64,000 nucleotides of DNA, taken from assembly GCA_031398745.1 (NCBI GenBank), contig JANNNX010000074.1, forward strand, positions 8,740 to 72,739, given 5' to 3'. Position 1 is the stretch's first letter, and each line of letters begins with the position of its first letter. The position numbers were made by a program, and so were the translations under genes. Shown here one piece after another: positions 56,629 to 64,000 of the stretch. This DNA comes from Actinomycetes bacterium. Its GTDB lineage: Bacteria; Actinomycetota; Acidimicrobiia; Acidimicrobiales; CADCSY01. The notes under the pieces were generated by a model. That model had not been told where the DNA came from. It was given only the letters and a program-made list of their open reading frames with translations, and made no database searches.

Positions 56629-58239
56629 ATGCCGGATTCGTTCCAGCCGCTCTACGCCGATCCCCGGGTCCACTCCCGTCGCTGGGCGATCCTGGCGGTG
56701 CTCTGCACCAGCTTGCTCATCGTCATCGTCGGCAACAGCGCCCTCAACGTCGCCCTCCCGACGCTGTCGGCCGACCTCGGGGCATCCACCAGCGAGCTCC
56801 AATGGATCGTCGACGCCTACTCCCTGGTGTTCGCCGGCCTCCTGCTCAGCGCCGGGGCCATCGGTGACCGCTTCGGCCGCAAGGGAGCGTTGCAGGCCGG
56901 CCTGGTCCTCTTCCTGGTGGCGTCGACCACCGCCTCGTTCGCCACCTCGGCGACCTGGGTGATCGCCTGCCGGGCCACCATGGGCCTGGCCGCGGCCTTC
57001 ATCATGCCGTCGACGCTGTCCCTGCTGACCAACGTGTTCCCGCCCCACGAACGGGCCCGGGCGATCGCCCTGTGGGCCGGTATCTCGGGCGCCGGCGCGG
57101 CCGTCGGCCCGGTCTCGAGCGGGCTGCTGCTCGAGCACTTCGGATGGTCGTCGGTCTTCCTGGTCAACGTGCCCATCCTGGTGGTGGCGCTGGTGGTCGG
57201 ACGGGTTCTGCTGCCGACGTCGACCGACCCCTCCCACGCCCCACTCGACCCGCCCGGGGCCCTTCTCTCCATCGTCGGGATCGTCGCCCTGGTCTACGGG
57301 ATCATCGAAGCCCCGTCCCACGGCTGGACCAGCCCCGAGACGCTGGCGGCCTTCACGGTGGCGGTGGTCGTCCTCGCTGGGTTCGCCCGGTGGGAGCTCC
57401 GGACACCGACCCCCATGCTCGACCTCCGCTTCTTCCGGGACCGCCGGCTCAGCGTCGCCAGCGGGGGCATGACCCTCGTCTACTTCGCCATGTTCGGGAT
57501 GTTCTTCCTCTTCAGCCAGATCATGCAGTTGGTGTTCGGGTACGACGCCCTGGCCGCCGGCCTGCGTCAGGCGCCCATGGCCGTCGTCCTGATGGCCATC
57601 GCCCCGAACACCCCGAAGCTGGCCACCCGCTTCGGCCGCCAGAACGTGGTCGCCACCGGCATGGCCATCGCCGCGGTGGGCATGCTGATCTTCGGGCAGA
57701 TCGATGTCGACACGCCCTATCTGCACATCCTGGTGGCGATGGTGGTCATGGCCACCGGCATCGCCCTGACCATGTCACCGCTCACTGCGTCGATCCTCTC
57801 CGGGGTGCCCGACGGCAAGGCCGGGGTCGGCTCCGCCATCAACGACACCACTCGCGAGTTCGGCGGTGCGCTCGGGGTGGCCGCCATCGGCAGCCTCGTG
57901 GCCTCTCGCTACGACGCGGTGCTGGCCCCCGCCCTGGGGTCGTTGTCGGGCGCCGATCGGATGACCGCCGAAACCTCGCTGAGCGGCGCCCTGGCGGTCG
58001 CCGGCCGGCTGGGCGGCGACGCCGGTGCTGCGCTGTCTCTGGCGGCCCGGGGCGCCTACGTGGATGGCGCCCAGGTCGCGCTCACGGTCGGTGCGCTGGT
58101 GGTGGCCGGTGCCGCCCTCATGACCTGGCGGCTCCTGCCCGACGCCACCCACCTCGGTACCCGCGAGCCCGAGCTCGACGACGAGAGCAGCGGGCCCGAC
58201 CTCGGCGACGAACTCGGTTCGGTCGGCTCCGAGCGCTAG
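56629..58239 (+). CDS. MFS transporter, DHA2/EmrB-like (14 TM)
   Basis: 536 aa. It has LNVALPTLSADLGAS...LQWIVDAYSLVFAGLLL..GAIGDRFGRK and 14 hydrophobic segments. Confidence 0.85.
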   Translation: MPDSFQPLYADPRVHSRRWAILAVLCTSLLIVIVGNSALNVALPTLSADLGASTSELQWIVDAYSLVFAGLLLSAGAIGDRFGRKGALQAGLVLFLVASTTASFATSATWVIACRATMGLAAAFIMPSTLSLLTNVFPPHERARAIALWAGISGAGAAVGPVSSGLLLEHFGWSSVFLVNVPILVVALVVGRVLLPTSTDPSHAPLDPPGALLSIVGIVALVYGIIEAPSHGWTSPETLAAFTVAVVVLAGFARWELRTPTPMLDLRFFRDRRLSVASGGMTLVYFAMFGMFFLFSQIMQLVFGYDALAAGLRQAPMAVVLMAIAPNTPKLATRFGRQNVVATGMAIAAVGMLIFGQIDVDTPYLHILVAMVVMATGIALTMSPLTASILSGVPDGKAGVGSAINDTTREFGGALGVAAIGSLVASRYDAVLAPALGSLSGADRMTAETSLSGALAVAGRLGGDAGAALSLAARGAYVDGAQVALTVGALVVAGAALMTWRLLPDATHLGTREPELDDESSGPDLGDELGSVGSER

Positions 58240-59060
58240 CCGGTCGCCAGCACGCCGACCTCGGCGTCGGCCCGGCCGCCGTCCCACCAGACCGATACCG
58301 GGCCGGGCACCGCGGCCGAGCGCGCCACCGAGGCCAGCGCCACCGTCGTGCCGTCGGCCCGGACGGCGACGCTGGTCAGCTCGCCCACCTCGGTTCCGTC
58401 ACGCTCGAGGCGCGCACCCACCGGAGGCTGGGAACCGCCGGTCACGGTGACCGGGCGGATCTGTCGAGGGACGTTGCCCCCCCGGCTGTCGATCCGAGCC
58501 ACCAGCTCCTGGCCGGTGTAGCACCCCTTGGTGAAGCTCACCGACCGCGCCAGCACGCCGGCCCCGGCCTCCGCGGGAATGGTCGACTCGTCGAGCTCGC
58601 GACCCATGCGGGGCACACCGGCCTCGATCCGGATCACCTCGTAGGCCCCGGCATCGCCGTCCACCGCTGGCAGGGCATCGACCGGACCCACCAGGTCGAC
58701 CCCGGGCCCCCGCTCGGCGACGACCGCCCAGGGTCCGTCGGGCGCGACCTCGTCGACGAGGGCCACGACACCCCACGGCACCGGTGCGAGTTCGACCCTG
58801 GTCCGCAGCTTGAAGCGGTTCAGCCGCTCGATCACGGCCGGGCCCCAGCCAGCGTCGACATCGAGCGCCACCGCCTCGTCGGCCACCCGGGTGACCCGCA
58901 CCAGGGCCACGACCTTGCCCGTCGGGTGTAGGAGGAACGAGAAAGCGGCGTCGCCGAGCGCCAACCCGGCGACGTCCTGGCTGAGCTGGCCCTGGAGGAA
59001 CGACAGGGTGTCGGGCCCCTCGGCCAAGACGACATCACGGTCGATGCGGTAAGCGGTCAC
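58236..59060 (-). CDS. ygfZ: YgfZ/GcvT-like folate-binding protein
   Basis: 274 aa. The GTG is preceded by GGAGGG. It has GPDTLSFLQGQLSQDV, RIEAGVPRMGRELDE, and the signature SFTKGCYTGQELVARI (the KGCYxGQE motif). Confidence 0.8.
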   Translation of the reverse strand: MTAYRIDRDVVLAEGPDTLSFLQGQLSQDVAGLALGDAAFSFLLHPTGKVVALVRVTRVADEAVALDVDAGWGPAVIERLNRFKLRTRVELAPVPWGVVALVDEVAPDGPWAVVAERGPGVDLVGPVDALPAVDGDAGAYEVIRIEAGVPRMGRELDESTIPAEAGAGVLARSVSFTKGCYTGQELVARIDSRGGNVPRQIRPVTVTGGSQPPVGARLERDGTEVGELTSVAVRADGTTVALASVARSAAVPGPVSVWWDGGRADAEVGVLATG

Positions 59061-59075
59061 TGCCCTCCATCATGG

Positions 59076-59131
59076 CGACGGCGAGCCGTCATGCGGTGCC
59101 GTCCTGCGCCCGACGGCGAGCCGTCATGCGG
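59076..59131. repeat. 21-nt perfect direct repeat (two copies, 35-nt period) spanning the trpE stop codon
   Basis: CGACGGCGAGCCGTCATGCGG occurs at 59076-59096 and again at 59111-59131. Each copy contains the small palindrome GACGG-CGAG-CCGTC. Confidence 0.85.
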
Positions 59132-60612
59132 CGGGCCGCGGGGACCGCGGCCAGCAGCGCCGCCGCCTTGTTGGCGCACTCGCGGTCCTCAGCGTCGGGA
59201 TCGGAGTCGGCCACCACCCCGGCGCCGGCCTCGACCCAGGCGTCGTTGCCCCGGATGATCATGGTCCGGATGGCGATGGCGGTGTCGAGGTTGCCGGCGA
59301 AGTCGAGATAGCCGACCACCCCGGCATACGGGCCCCGCTTGACCGGCTCGAGGGCGTCGATGATCTCCATCGCCCGGACCTTCGGCGCCCCCGACACCGT
59401 CCCGGCCGGCAGCGTCGCCCGCAACACGTCGATCGGGCCCTTGCCCTCGGCCAGCGCCCCCGACACCTGCGAGGTCAGGTGCATCACGTGGCTGTAGCGC
59501 TCGAGGGTGAACAGCTCGTCGACCTGCTCGGTGCCGAACCGGCTGACCCGGCCGACGTCGTTGCGGGCCAGGTCGACCAACATCACGTGCTCGGCCCGCT
59601 CCTTCGGGTGCTCGATCAGCTCGGCCGCCAGGCGCCGGTCGTCCTCGGGGGTGCGCCCCCGCCGGCGGGTGCCGGCGATGGGCCGGGAGATCACCCGGCC
59701 GTCGAGCAGCTGCACCATGGGCTCGGGTGAGCTGCCCACCAGGGTCACCTCGGGGTGGCGCACGAAGTACATGTAGGGGCTGGGGTTGACCTGGCGCAGC
59801 ACCCGGTAGACGTCGAGCGGCTCGGCATCGAGGGTGAGGGCGAAGCGCTGGGCCAGGACCACCTGGAAGATGTCACCGGCCAGGATGTGCTCCTTGGCCA
59901 CCGCCACCGCCGCCTGGTACCCGCCCTCGCCCAGGGTGGAGGTCACCTCGGGGAGGGCCTCGTCGGCATCGGGCGGGTCGAACACCGGCTCGGGCACCGT
60001 GCGGGTGCCGTCGGCCGCCAGCCGCTCCACCCGGGCCACCGCGTCGTCGTAGATCTGGTCGACGTCGGCATCGGTCACCCCCGGGCCCACGAAGGCGTTG
60101 GCCACCAGGGTCACCCGCTGGCGCCAATGGTCGAAGGCCACCAGCTCACCCACGATCGACAGCACGGCATCGGGCAGGCCGAGGTCGTCGGTGGGCACGT
60201 CGGGCAGCCGCTCGACCTCCCGGACGACGTCGTAGCCGAGGAAGCCGACCACCCCGCTGTGGAGCGGCGGCAGCTCGTCGAGCACCGGCGAGCGATAGCG
60301 GGCCAGGACGTCGTCGAGGGTGGCCAAGATGCCCTGGTCGAGGCGGATGGCGGGGTCGACCTGGCCACCCTGCACCTCGATCGTGCGGCCCCGGGCCACG
60401 AACGTGACCGCCGGGCGCCGGCCCATGAAAGACCAGCGGCCCCAGCGCTCGCCGTGCTCGACCGACTCGAACAGGAAGCCCGGCTCGTCGCCGACCACCC
60501 GGGAGAAGGCGGCCACCGGGGTCACCAGGTCGGCGAGGATCTCCCGCCACACCGGGACCACCGTGTGGGCCCGGGCCAGGGCCCGGAACTCGTCCCTACT
60601 CGGCCGCAGCAC
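59089..60612 (-). CDS. trpE: Anthranilate synthase component I
   Basis: 507 aa with a GTG start. It has [16 protein letters not shown]-type N-terminal regulatory motifs (here [17 protein letters not shown]), [28 protein letters not shown], and [10 protein letters not shown]. Confidence 0.95.
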   Translation of the reverse strand: MLRPSRDEFRALARAHTVVPVWREILADLVTPVAAFSRVVGDEPGFLFESVEHGERWGRWSFMGRRPAVTFVARGRTIEVQGGQVDPAIRLDQGILATLDDVLARYRSPVLDELPPLHSGVVGFLGYDVVREVERLPDVPTDDLGLPDAVLSIVGELVAFDHWRQRVTLVANAFVGPGVTDADVDQIYDDAVARVERLAADGTRTVPEPVFDPPDADEALPEVTSTLGEGGYQAAVAVAKEHILAGDIFQVVLAQRFALTLDAEPLDVYRVLRQVNPSPYMYFVRHPEVTLVGSSPEPMVQLLDGRVISRPIAGTRRRGRTPEDDRRLAAELIEHPKERAEHVMLVDLARNDVGRVSRFGTEQVDELFTLERYSHVMHLTSQVSGALAEGKGPIDVLRATLPAGTVSGAPKVRAMEIIDALEPVKRGPYAGVVGYLDFAGNLDTAIAIRTMIIRGNDAWVEAGAGVVADSDPDAEDRECANKAAALLAAVPAARRMTARRRAQDGTA

Positions 60613-60949
60613 GCGTGCGGTCGAACTCGGCGGTGTCGCCGGTGCCGAAGCGCCGGTAGAAGCAGGAGTGGGCGCCCGTGTGGCAGGCCCCCACCCCCTC
60701 CTGGTCGATGAGCACCAGGAGGGCGTCGCCGTCGCAGTCGTAGCGCACCTCTCGGATCCACTGCCGGTCCCCCGAGGTCTCGCCCTTGATCCAGACCTCC
60801 TGGCGCGACCGGCTCCAGAACGTCGCCCGGCCGGTCTCCAGCGTCTGGCGCAGGGTGGCCTCGGTCATCCAGGCCAGCATCAGCACGTCGCCGGTCGACT
60901 GCTCCTGCACGATGGCCGGCACCAGCCCATCGGCGTTGTAGACGACCAT
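60596..60949 (-). CDS. hisI: Phosphoribosyl-AMP cyclohydrolase
   Basis: The ATG at 60949 is preceded by GAGGAG. The 117-aa protein has [37 protein letters not shown], and DCDGDALL...GACHTG. Its 3' end overlaps the trpE start by 17 nt. Confidence 0.85.
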   Translation of the reverse strand: MVVYNADGLVPAIVQEQSTGDVLMLAWMTEATLRQTLETGRATFWSRSRQEVWIKGETSGDRQWIREVRYDCDGDALLVLIDQEGVGACHTGAHSCFYRRFGTGDTAEFDRTRAAAE

Positions 60950-61058
60950 CCCCAGCTCCTCGGTCAGGACGGGGACGGTGGTGGGCTCGGGCACGCCGAC
61001 ATCGTACGGTCGCCCGCCAGGCCCGCCCCGGTTGGCAAACCGAGGCGTCCCGAGCGGG

Positions 61059-62372
61059 TCAGTCGACCGAGGGGACCCCGAAGCGAGCCAGCAGGTAGGC
61101 GGTGGTGGCCGGGTCCTGGGCCCGGGGCACCGGGGGAACGCCGAGCACCCGTCGGCCGAGATCGGCGTACGCGTTGGTCGAGGCACCGAGGTGGGTGGCC
61201 ACGGTGTGGATGTCACGGAAGCAGCGCTCGATCTCGGCCCCGTGGCGGATGCCGGAGGTGCCGGACTGCTTCACCACGACGTCGACCACCCGCTCGGCGA
61301 TGGCCACCGCGTGGGCGCTGATGGCCGGGATCGCGGCCCGGACCTCGGCCGACAGCGGGTGGCCGTGGACCCGGGCGGCCCATTGCTGTTCGACCAGGTC
61401 GTAGACCCAGGTCCGGGTGGCCATCAGCTCGGCCGCCACCCGACCGATCTGGTCCTGGACCAGCGGCAGCTCGCGCAGCTTGGGCGCCCCCTGGGCCCGG
61501 AACATGCCGTCGTGGCTCTTGCGAGCGGCCAGCTCGGCGTAGGCGTCGAGGGCGTGCTGGGCCACACCCAGGGCGATCGCCGCGAACGGGCTCGACGGCT
61601 GGGTGGTGGCGGTCAACCGGAGCGGGTCGTAGAACGAGAAGGCGAACCGCTCCGGGACGAAGACGTCGGTGGCCCGGAAGTTGCCGCTGGCCGTGCCCCG
61701 CAGGCCGAGGGTGTCCCAGGAGCCGGCCTCCAGCTCGACGTCGGACCGGGGCATGAAGAACACGATGATGCGCGGCAGCCCGGCGCCCGGCTCGTCGGCC
61801 GTCACCGTCTCGACCCCGGCCGCATCGTGGACCTCGGCCGCCGCCATGAACAGGGTGGCGTGGCCGCTCCCGCTGGCGAAGGTCCAGCGCCCGGTGACCC
61901 GCCACCCGCCGTCGACCCGCCGGGCCACCGCGTCGGTCGACGTCGGGCCGCCGGCCACGTTGGTCAAGGGATCGCCGTCGAAGAGCTCGCGGGCCGCCGC
62001 CAGATCGAGCCCAGCAGCCATGCTGCAGCCGGCGTTGGCCAGGCTGACGCACCAGGCGACCGCCGCGTCGACCCGGGCGAAGGTCTCCACCAGCTCCATC
62101 GTCGACACAGGATCGACGTCGTCTTCGCCCAGCTCGGCCGGCAGCATCATGCGGAAGAAGCCGGCCTCCCCCACCGAGGCCAGCAGGTGCTCGGGGAAAC
62201 GCTGCTCCCGCTCGATCTGATCGGCGTGGGCTGCGAACCGGGGAGCCAGCTCCCGGGACAGCGCCACCAGGCGCTGGCCCTTGGCGCTGCGGGGCGCCCG
62301 CCGGGAGGCGGCCGCGTCGGGTTCCGAGTCAGTCACCGGGTCGACGTCGACGTGCTCGGTGGTCGTTGCCAT
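61059..62372 (-). CDS. Acyl-CoA dehydrogenase-fold flavoprotein (ACAD family or a related two-component monooxygenase)
   Basis: The ATG at 62372 is preceded by GGGAGGA. The 437-aa protein has the three-domain ACAD layout ([41 protein letters not shown]). The rest of track ORF 61059..63434 is spurious. Confidence 0.75.
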   Translation of the reverse strand: MATTTEHVDVDPVTDSEPDAAASRRAPRSAKGQRLVALSRELAPRFAAHADQIEREQRFPEHLLASVGEAGFFRMMLPAELGEDDVDPVSTMELVETFARVDAAVAWCVSLANAGCSMAAGLDLAAARELFDGDPLTNVAGGPTSTDAVARRVDGGWRVTGRWTFASGSGHATLFMAAAEVHDAAGVETVTADEPGAGLPRIIVFFMPRSDVELEAGSWDTLGLRGTASGNFRATDVFVPERFAFSFYDPLRLTATTQPSSPFAAIALGVAQHALDAYAELAARKSHDGMFRAQGAPKLRELPLVQDQIGRVAAELMATRTWVYDLVEQQWAARVHGHPLSAEVRAAIPAISAHAVAIAERVVDVVVKQSGTSGIRHGAEIERCFRDIHTVATHLGASTNAYADLGRRVLGVPPVPRAQDPATTAYLLARFGVPSVD

Positions 62373-62465
62373 CAGGTCCTCCCCCAAGGATCGGGCGCCG
62401 CCCCGCGATCGATCGCCGAGCGGGCGCACCATCGTAGGAGGCGAGACGGGATCTAGGTTGCCGCC

Positions 62466-62912
62466 GTGACCGACCCGGAAGCGATCGCCTCGGTACTGGC
62501 CCGCTACTGCCATGGCCTCGACGACCGCGACCTCGACACGTTGGCCGCGATCACCACCGACGATCTGGTGACCCGCCACGGCGACTGGTTCCGCACCGCC
62601 GGACGGGACCAGTGGCTGGCGGTGCTGGCCACCCCCAATCCCCGCCTGGTGGCGACCCAGCACGTGGTCTCCAACGTGCTGGTCGATGTCGATGTCGAAG
62701 GCGACGGGCTCACGGCCCGCGGTCGAGCGTCGATGCAGGCCCTGCACGTCGGGCGGGCCGAGGACGGCTCGACCTTCGCCGCGTCCGGCTGGGCCAGCTA
62801 CCGCCTCGAGTTCCGGCGCGACCCAATCACCCCCGACGGCTGGCGCATCGCCGCCATCGACGTCGAGCACCTCTGGGACGACCCGGGCGTCGCCGTGATC
62901 TTCGATGTCTGA
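62466..62912 (+). CDS. SnoaL-like / NTF2-fold protein
   Basis: 148 aa with a GTG start. It begins EAIASVLARYCHGLDDRDLDTLAAITTDD, typical of SnoaL_4 proteins. Confidence 0.7.
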   Translation: MTDPEAIASVLARYCHGLDDRDLDTLAAITTDDLVTRHGDWFRTAGRDQWLAVLATPNPRLVATQHVVSNVLVDVDVEGDGLTARGRASMQALHVGRAEDGSTFAASGWASYRLEFRRDPITPDGWRIAAIDVEHLWDDPGVAVIFDV

Positions 62913-62936
62913 CCCGCGAGCGCGAAGGCTGGCGCG

Positions 62937-63887
62937 ATGACCAACGCTCGACGCATCCGTCTCGGCGCCATGGTCAGCGAGACCGGGCAATTCGACCCCT
63001 CCCCCGAGGTCACCCTCGGGCTGGCCACCGCGGTGGAGCGGGCCGGGTGGGACGCGGTCTACTTCGGTGGGCACGTGGTGGTGGGCGAGGCCGAGGGCGC
63101 CTACCTCCTCCCCCCCGCCGGGGAGCGCCAGCCCCACGGCATCGGCCGGGTCATCCTCGACTACCCGTTCCTCGAGCCCCTCACCACCCTGGCCGTGCTG
63201 GCCGGACACACCTCGAGGGTGGCGCTGGGTACCGGCATCCTGGCGGCCCCGCTCTACCCCCCGGTGCTGCTGGCCAAGATGGCCGCCACGGTGGACTACC
63301 TCTGCGGCGGTCGCCTCGAGCTCGGCCTGTCGACCGGGTGGCTCCAATCGGAGTACGAGGCGATGGGAGTCCCCTTCGCCGAACGGGGTGCGGTATTCGA
63401 CGACGTGGTGGGTGCGCTGCGGACCCTGTGGCAAGACTCACCGGCGTCGTACTCGTCGCCCCACGCCCGCTTCGACGGCGTCTGGACCGAGCCTCGACCG
63501 GCCCGCCCCGGGGGCATCAAGCTCCTCTTCGGGGGCGAGTTGCACGCCCGGGCGCTGCGCCGGATCACCGAGCACGGCATGCACTGGTGGGCCCGGCGTC
63601 GACCCGACCTCGAGGTCGAGATCGCTCGCCTCCGAGTGGCGCTGGACGACGTCGGCCGCGACCCCGATGACCTCGACGTCGTGGTCATCCCCAGCCGCCA
63701 GGCATGGGACCCCCCGCTGCCCCCGGGCTGGTCGCGGATCGACGACGTGATCGACATGGCCGAGCGCTACCTAGCTAAGGGAGCGACCACCATCGTGGTC
63801 GGACCGGCCTTCCTGGCCGCCTCGTTGGACGAGATCCCCGACGCCGCGGCCGAACTCGCAACTCGCTTCCGCCAGCTGGCCGACTGA
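62937..63887 (+). CDS. LLM-class (luciferase-like) flavin/F420-dependent oxidoreductase
   Basis: 316 aa. It has FLEPLTTLAVLAGHTSRVALGTGIL, LAKMAATVDYLCGGRLELGLSTGW, and YEAMGVPFAERGAVFDDVVGALRTLW. Confidence 0.85.
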   Translation: MTNARRIRLGAMVSETGQFDPSPEVTLGLATAVERAGWDAVYFGGHVVVGEAEGAYLLPPAGERQPHGIGRVILDYPFLEPLTTLAVLAGHTSRVALGTGILAAPLYPPVLLAKMAATVDYLCGGRLELGLSTGWLQSEYEAMGVPFAERGAVFDDVVGALRTLWQDSPASYSSPHARFDGVWTEPRPARPGGIKLLFGGELHARALRRITEHGMHWWARRRPDLEVEIARLRVALDDVGRDPDDLDVVVIPSRQAWDPPLPPGWSRIDDVIDMAERYLAKGATTIVVGPAFLAASLDEIPDAAAELATRFRQLAD

Positions 63888-63895
63888 AGGGAGTT

Positions 63896-63934
63896 GGGGA
63901 CGTTGGGTCCGTGCCGTCGTGACGCGACGTCCCC
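63896..63934 (+). terminator. Hairpin after the LLM oxidoreductase stop (weak terminator candidate)
   Basis: GGGGACGT (63896-63903) pairs with ACGTCCCC (63927-63934) around a 23-nt loop. There is no T-run. ACGTTGGGT is also repeated directly at both flanks. Confidence 0.3.
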
Positions 63935-64000
63935 ACGTTGGGTGGCGGCCCGGCGCGGCCCACCTCGCTCGGACGCCACCGCCCGGCTCAGCCGGCAGGC

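Noticed and set aside
58236-58239. A palindromic CTAG that serves as the stop codon for both the MFS gene (TAG on the plus strand) and the ygfZ-like gene (TAG on the minus strand).
   Set aside because: It is real in the sequence but is most simply a coincidence of compact convergent genes. No functional claim is warranted beyond the general point about missing terminators.
59076-59131. The two tandem hairpins at the trpE 3' end as an ANTAR (PdtaR) target.
   Set aside because: ANTAR sites are two stem-loops with hexanucleotide loops (A at position 1, G at position 4). These hairpins have 4-nt CUCG loops and 5-bp stems, and they sit at a gene end rather than in a leader.

Overview
This is a high-GC chromosomal segment (roughly 70% by eye, not computed) that looks like Actinomycetota. 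Codon third positions are GC-saturated, GTG starts are common, ATGA/GTGA start-stop overlaps are frequent, and there are long spurious Arg/Pro/Gly-rich antisense ORFs. I call 58 protein genes and one tRNA-Leu(CAA). I saw no rRNA, CRISPR array, IS element, integrase or prophage genes.

The backbone is housekeeping:
- rapZ (partial), uvrC, nadA, uvrA, uvrB, coaE, rpsA, polA and a PdtaR-like ANTAR regulator
- malQ and a FAS-II block (fabD-fabH-fabG-acpP-fabF, with fabZ convergent)
- bcp and a YciI + ECF42-type sigma pair
- a split trp cluster (trpE ... trpC-trpF-X-trpB-trpA) and hisI

From memory, this gene content mirrors the M. tuberculosis Rv1594-Rv1638 and Rv1420-1421 neighbourhoods, but rearranged and interrupted.

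The accessory content sits in the gaps:
1. A three-gene cassette between uvrC and rapZ: a small partner protein, a minimal nucleotidyltransferase-fold protein and a SAM methyltransferase.
2. A glycan cluster with a Wzx-type flippase but no polymerase, between nadA and uvrA.
3. Three polytopic membrane proteins wedged into conserved operons (uvrA/uvrB, the tad operon, the trp operon). One has a GT87/DUF2029-type motif; a GT-C-like fold for the other two is only suspected.
4. About 13.3 kb between coaE and rpsA holding a LuxR-type two-component system and a complete Gram-positive-style Tad/Flp pilus locus.

The Tad locus is my best candidate for something not yet described. Its TadB platform protein carries an N-terminal secreted VWA/MIDAS domain. 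An uncharacterised 489-aa polytopic membrane protein lies 4 nt downstream of tadC. There are two divergent Flp pilins separated by a strong hairpin. The TadG-like protein is Cys-rich and has no VWA domain. No prepilin peptidase is present in the window.

Other points of note:
- a palindromic about 60-80 nt intergenic element present twice, 34 kb apart
- a FabD with a lysine-less biotinyl/lipoyl-like C-terminal domain
- an EamA-DUF3105 fusion
- a 21-nt perfect direct repeat at the trpE 3' end that creates an ATGA / mini-ORF / GTGA relay into the next gene

All start codons and domain calls were made by eye from the translations. No database search was possible.
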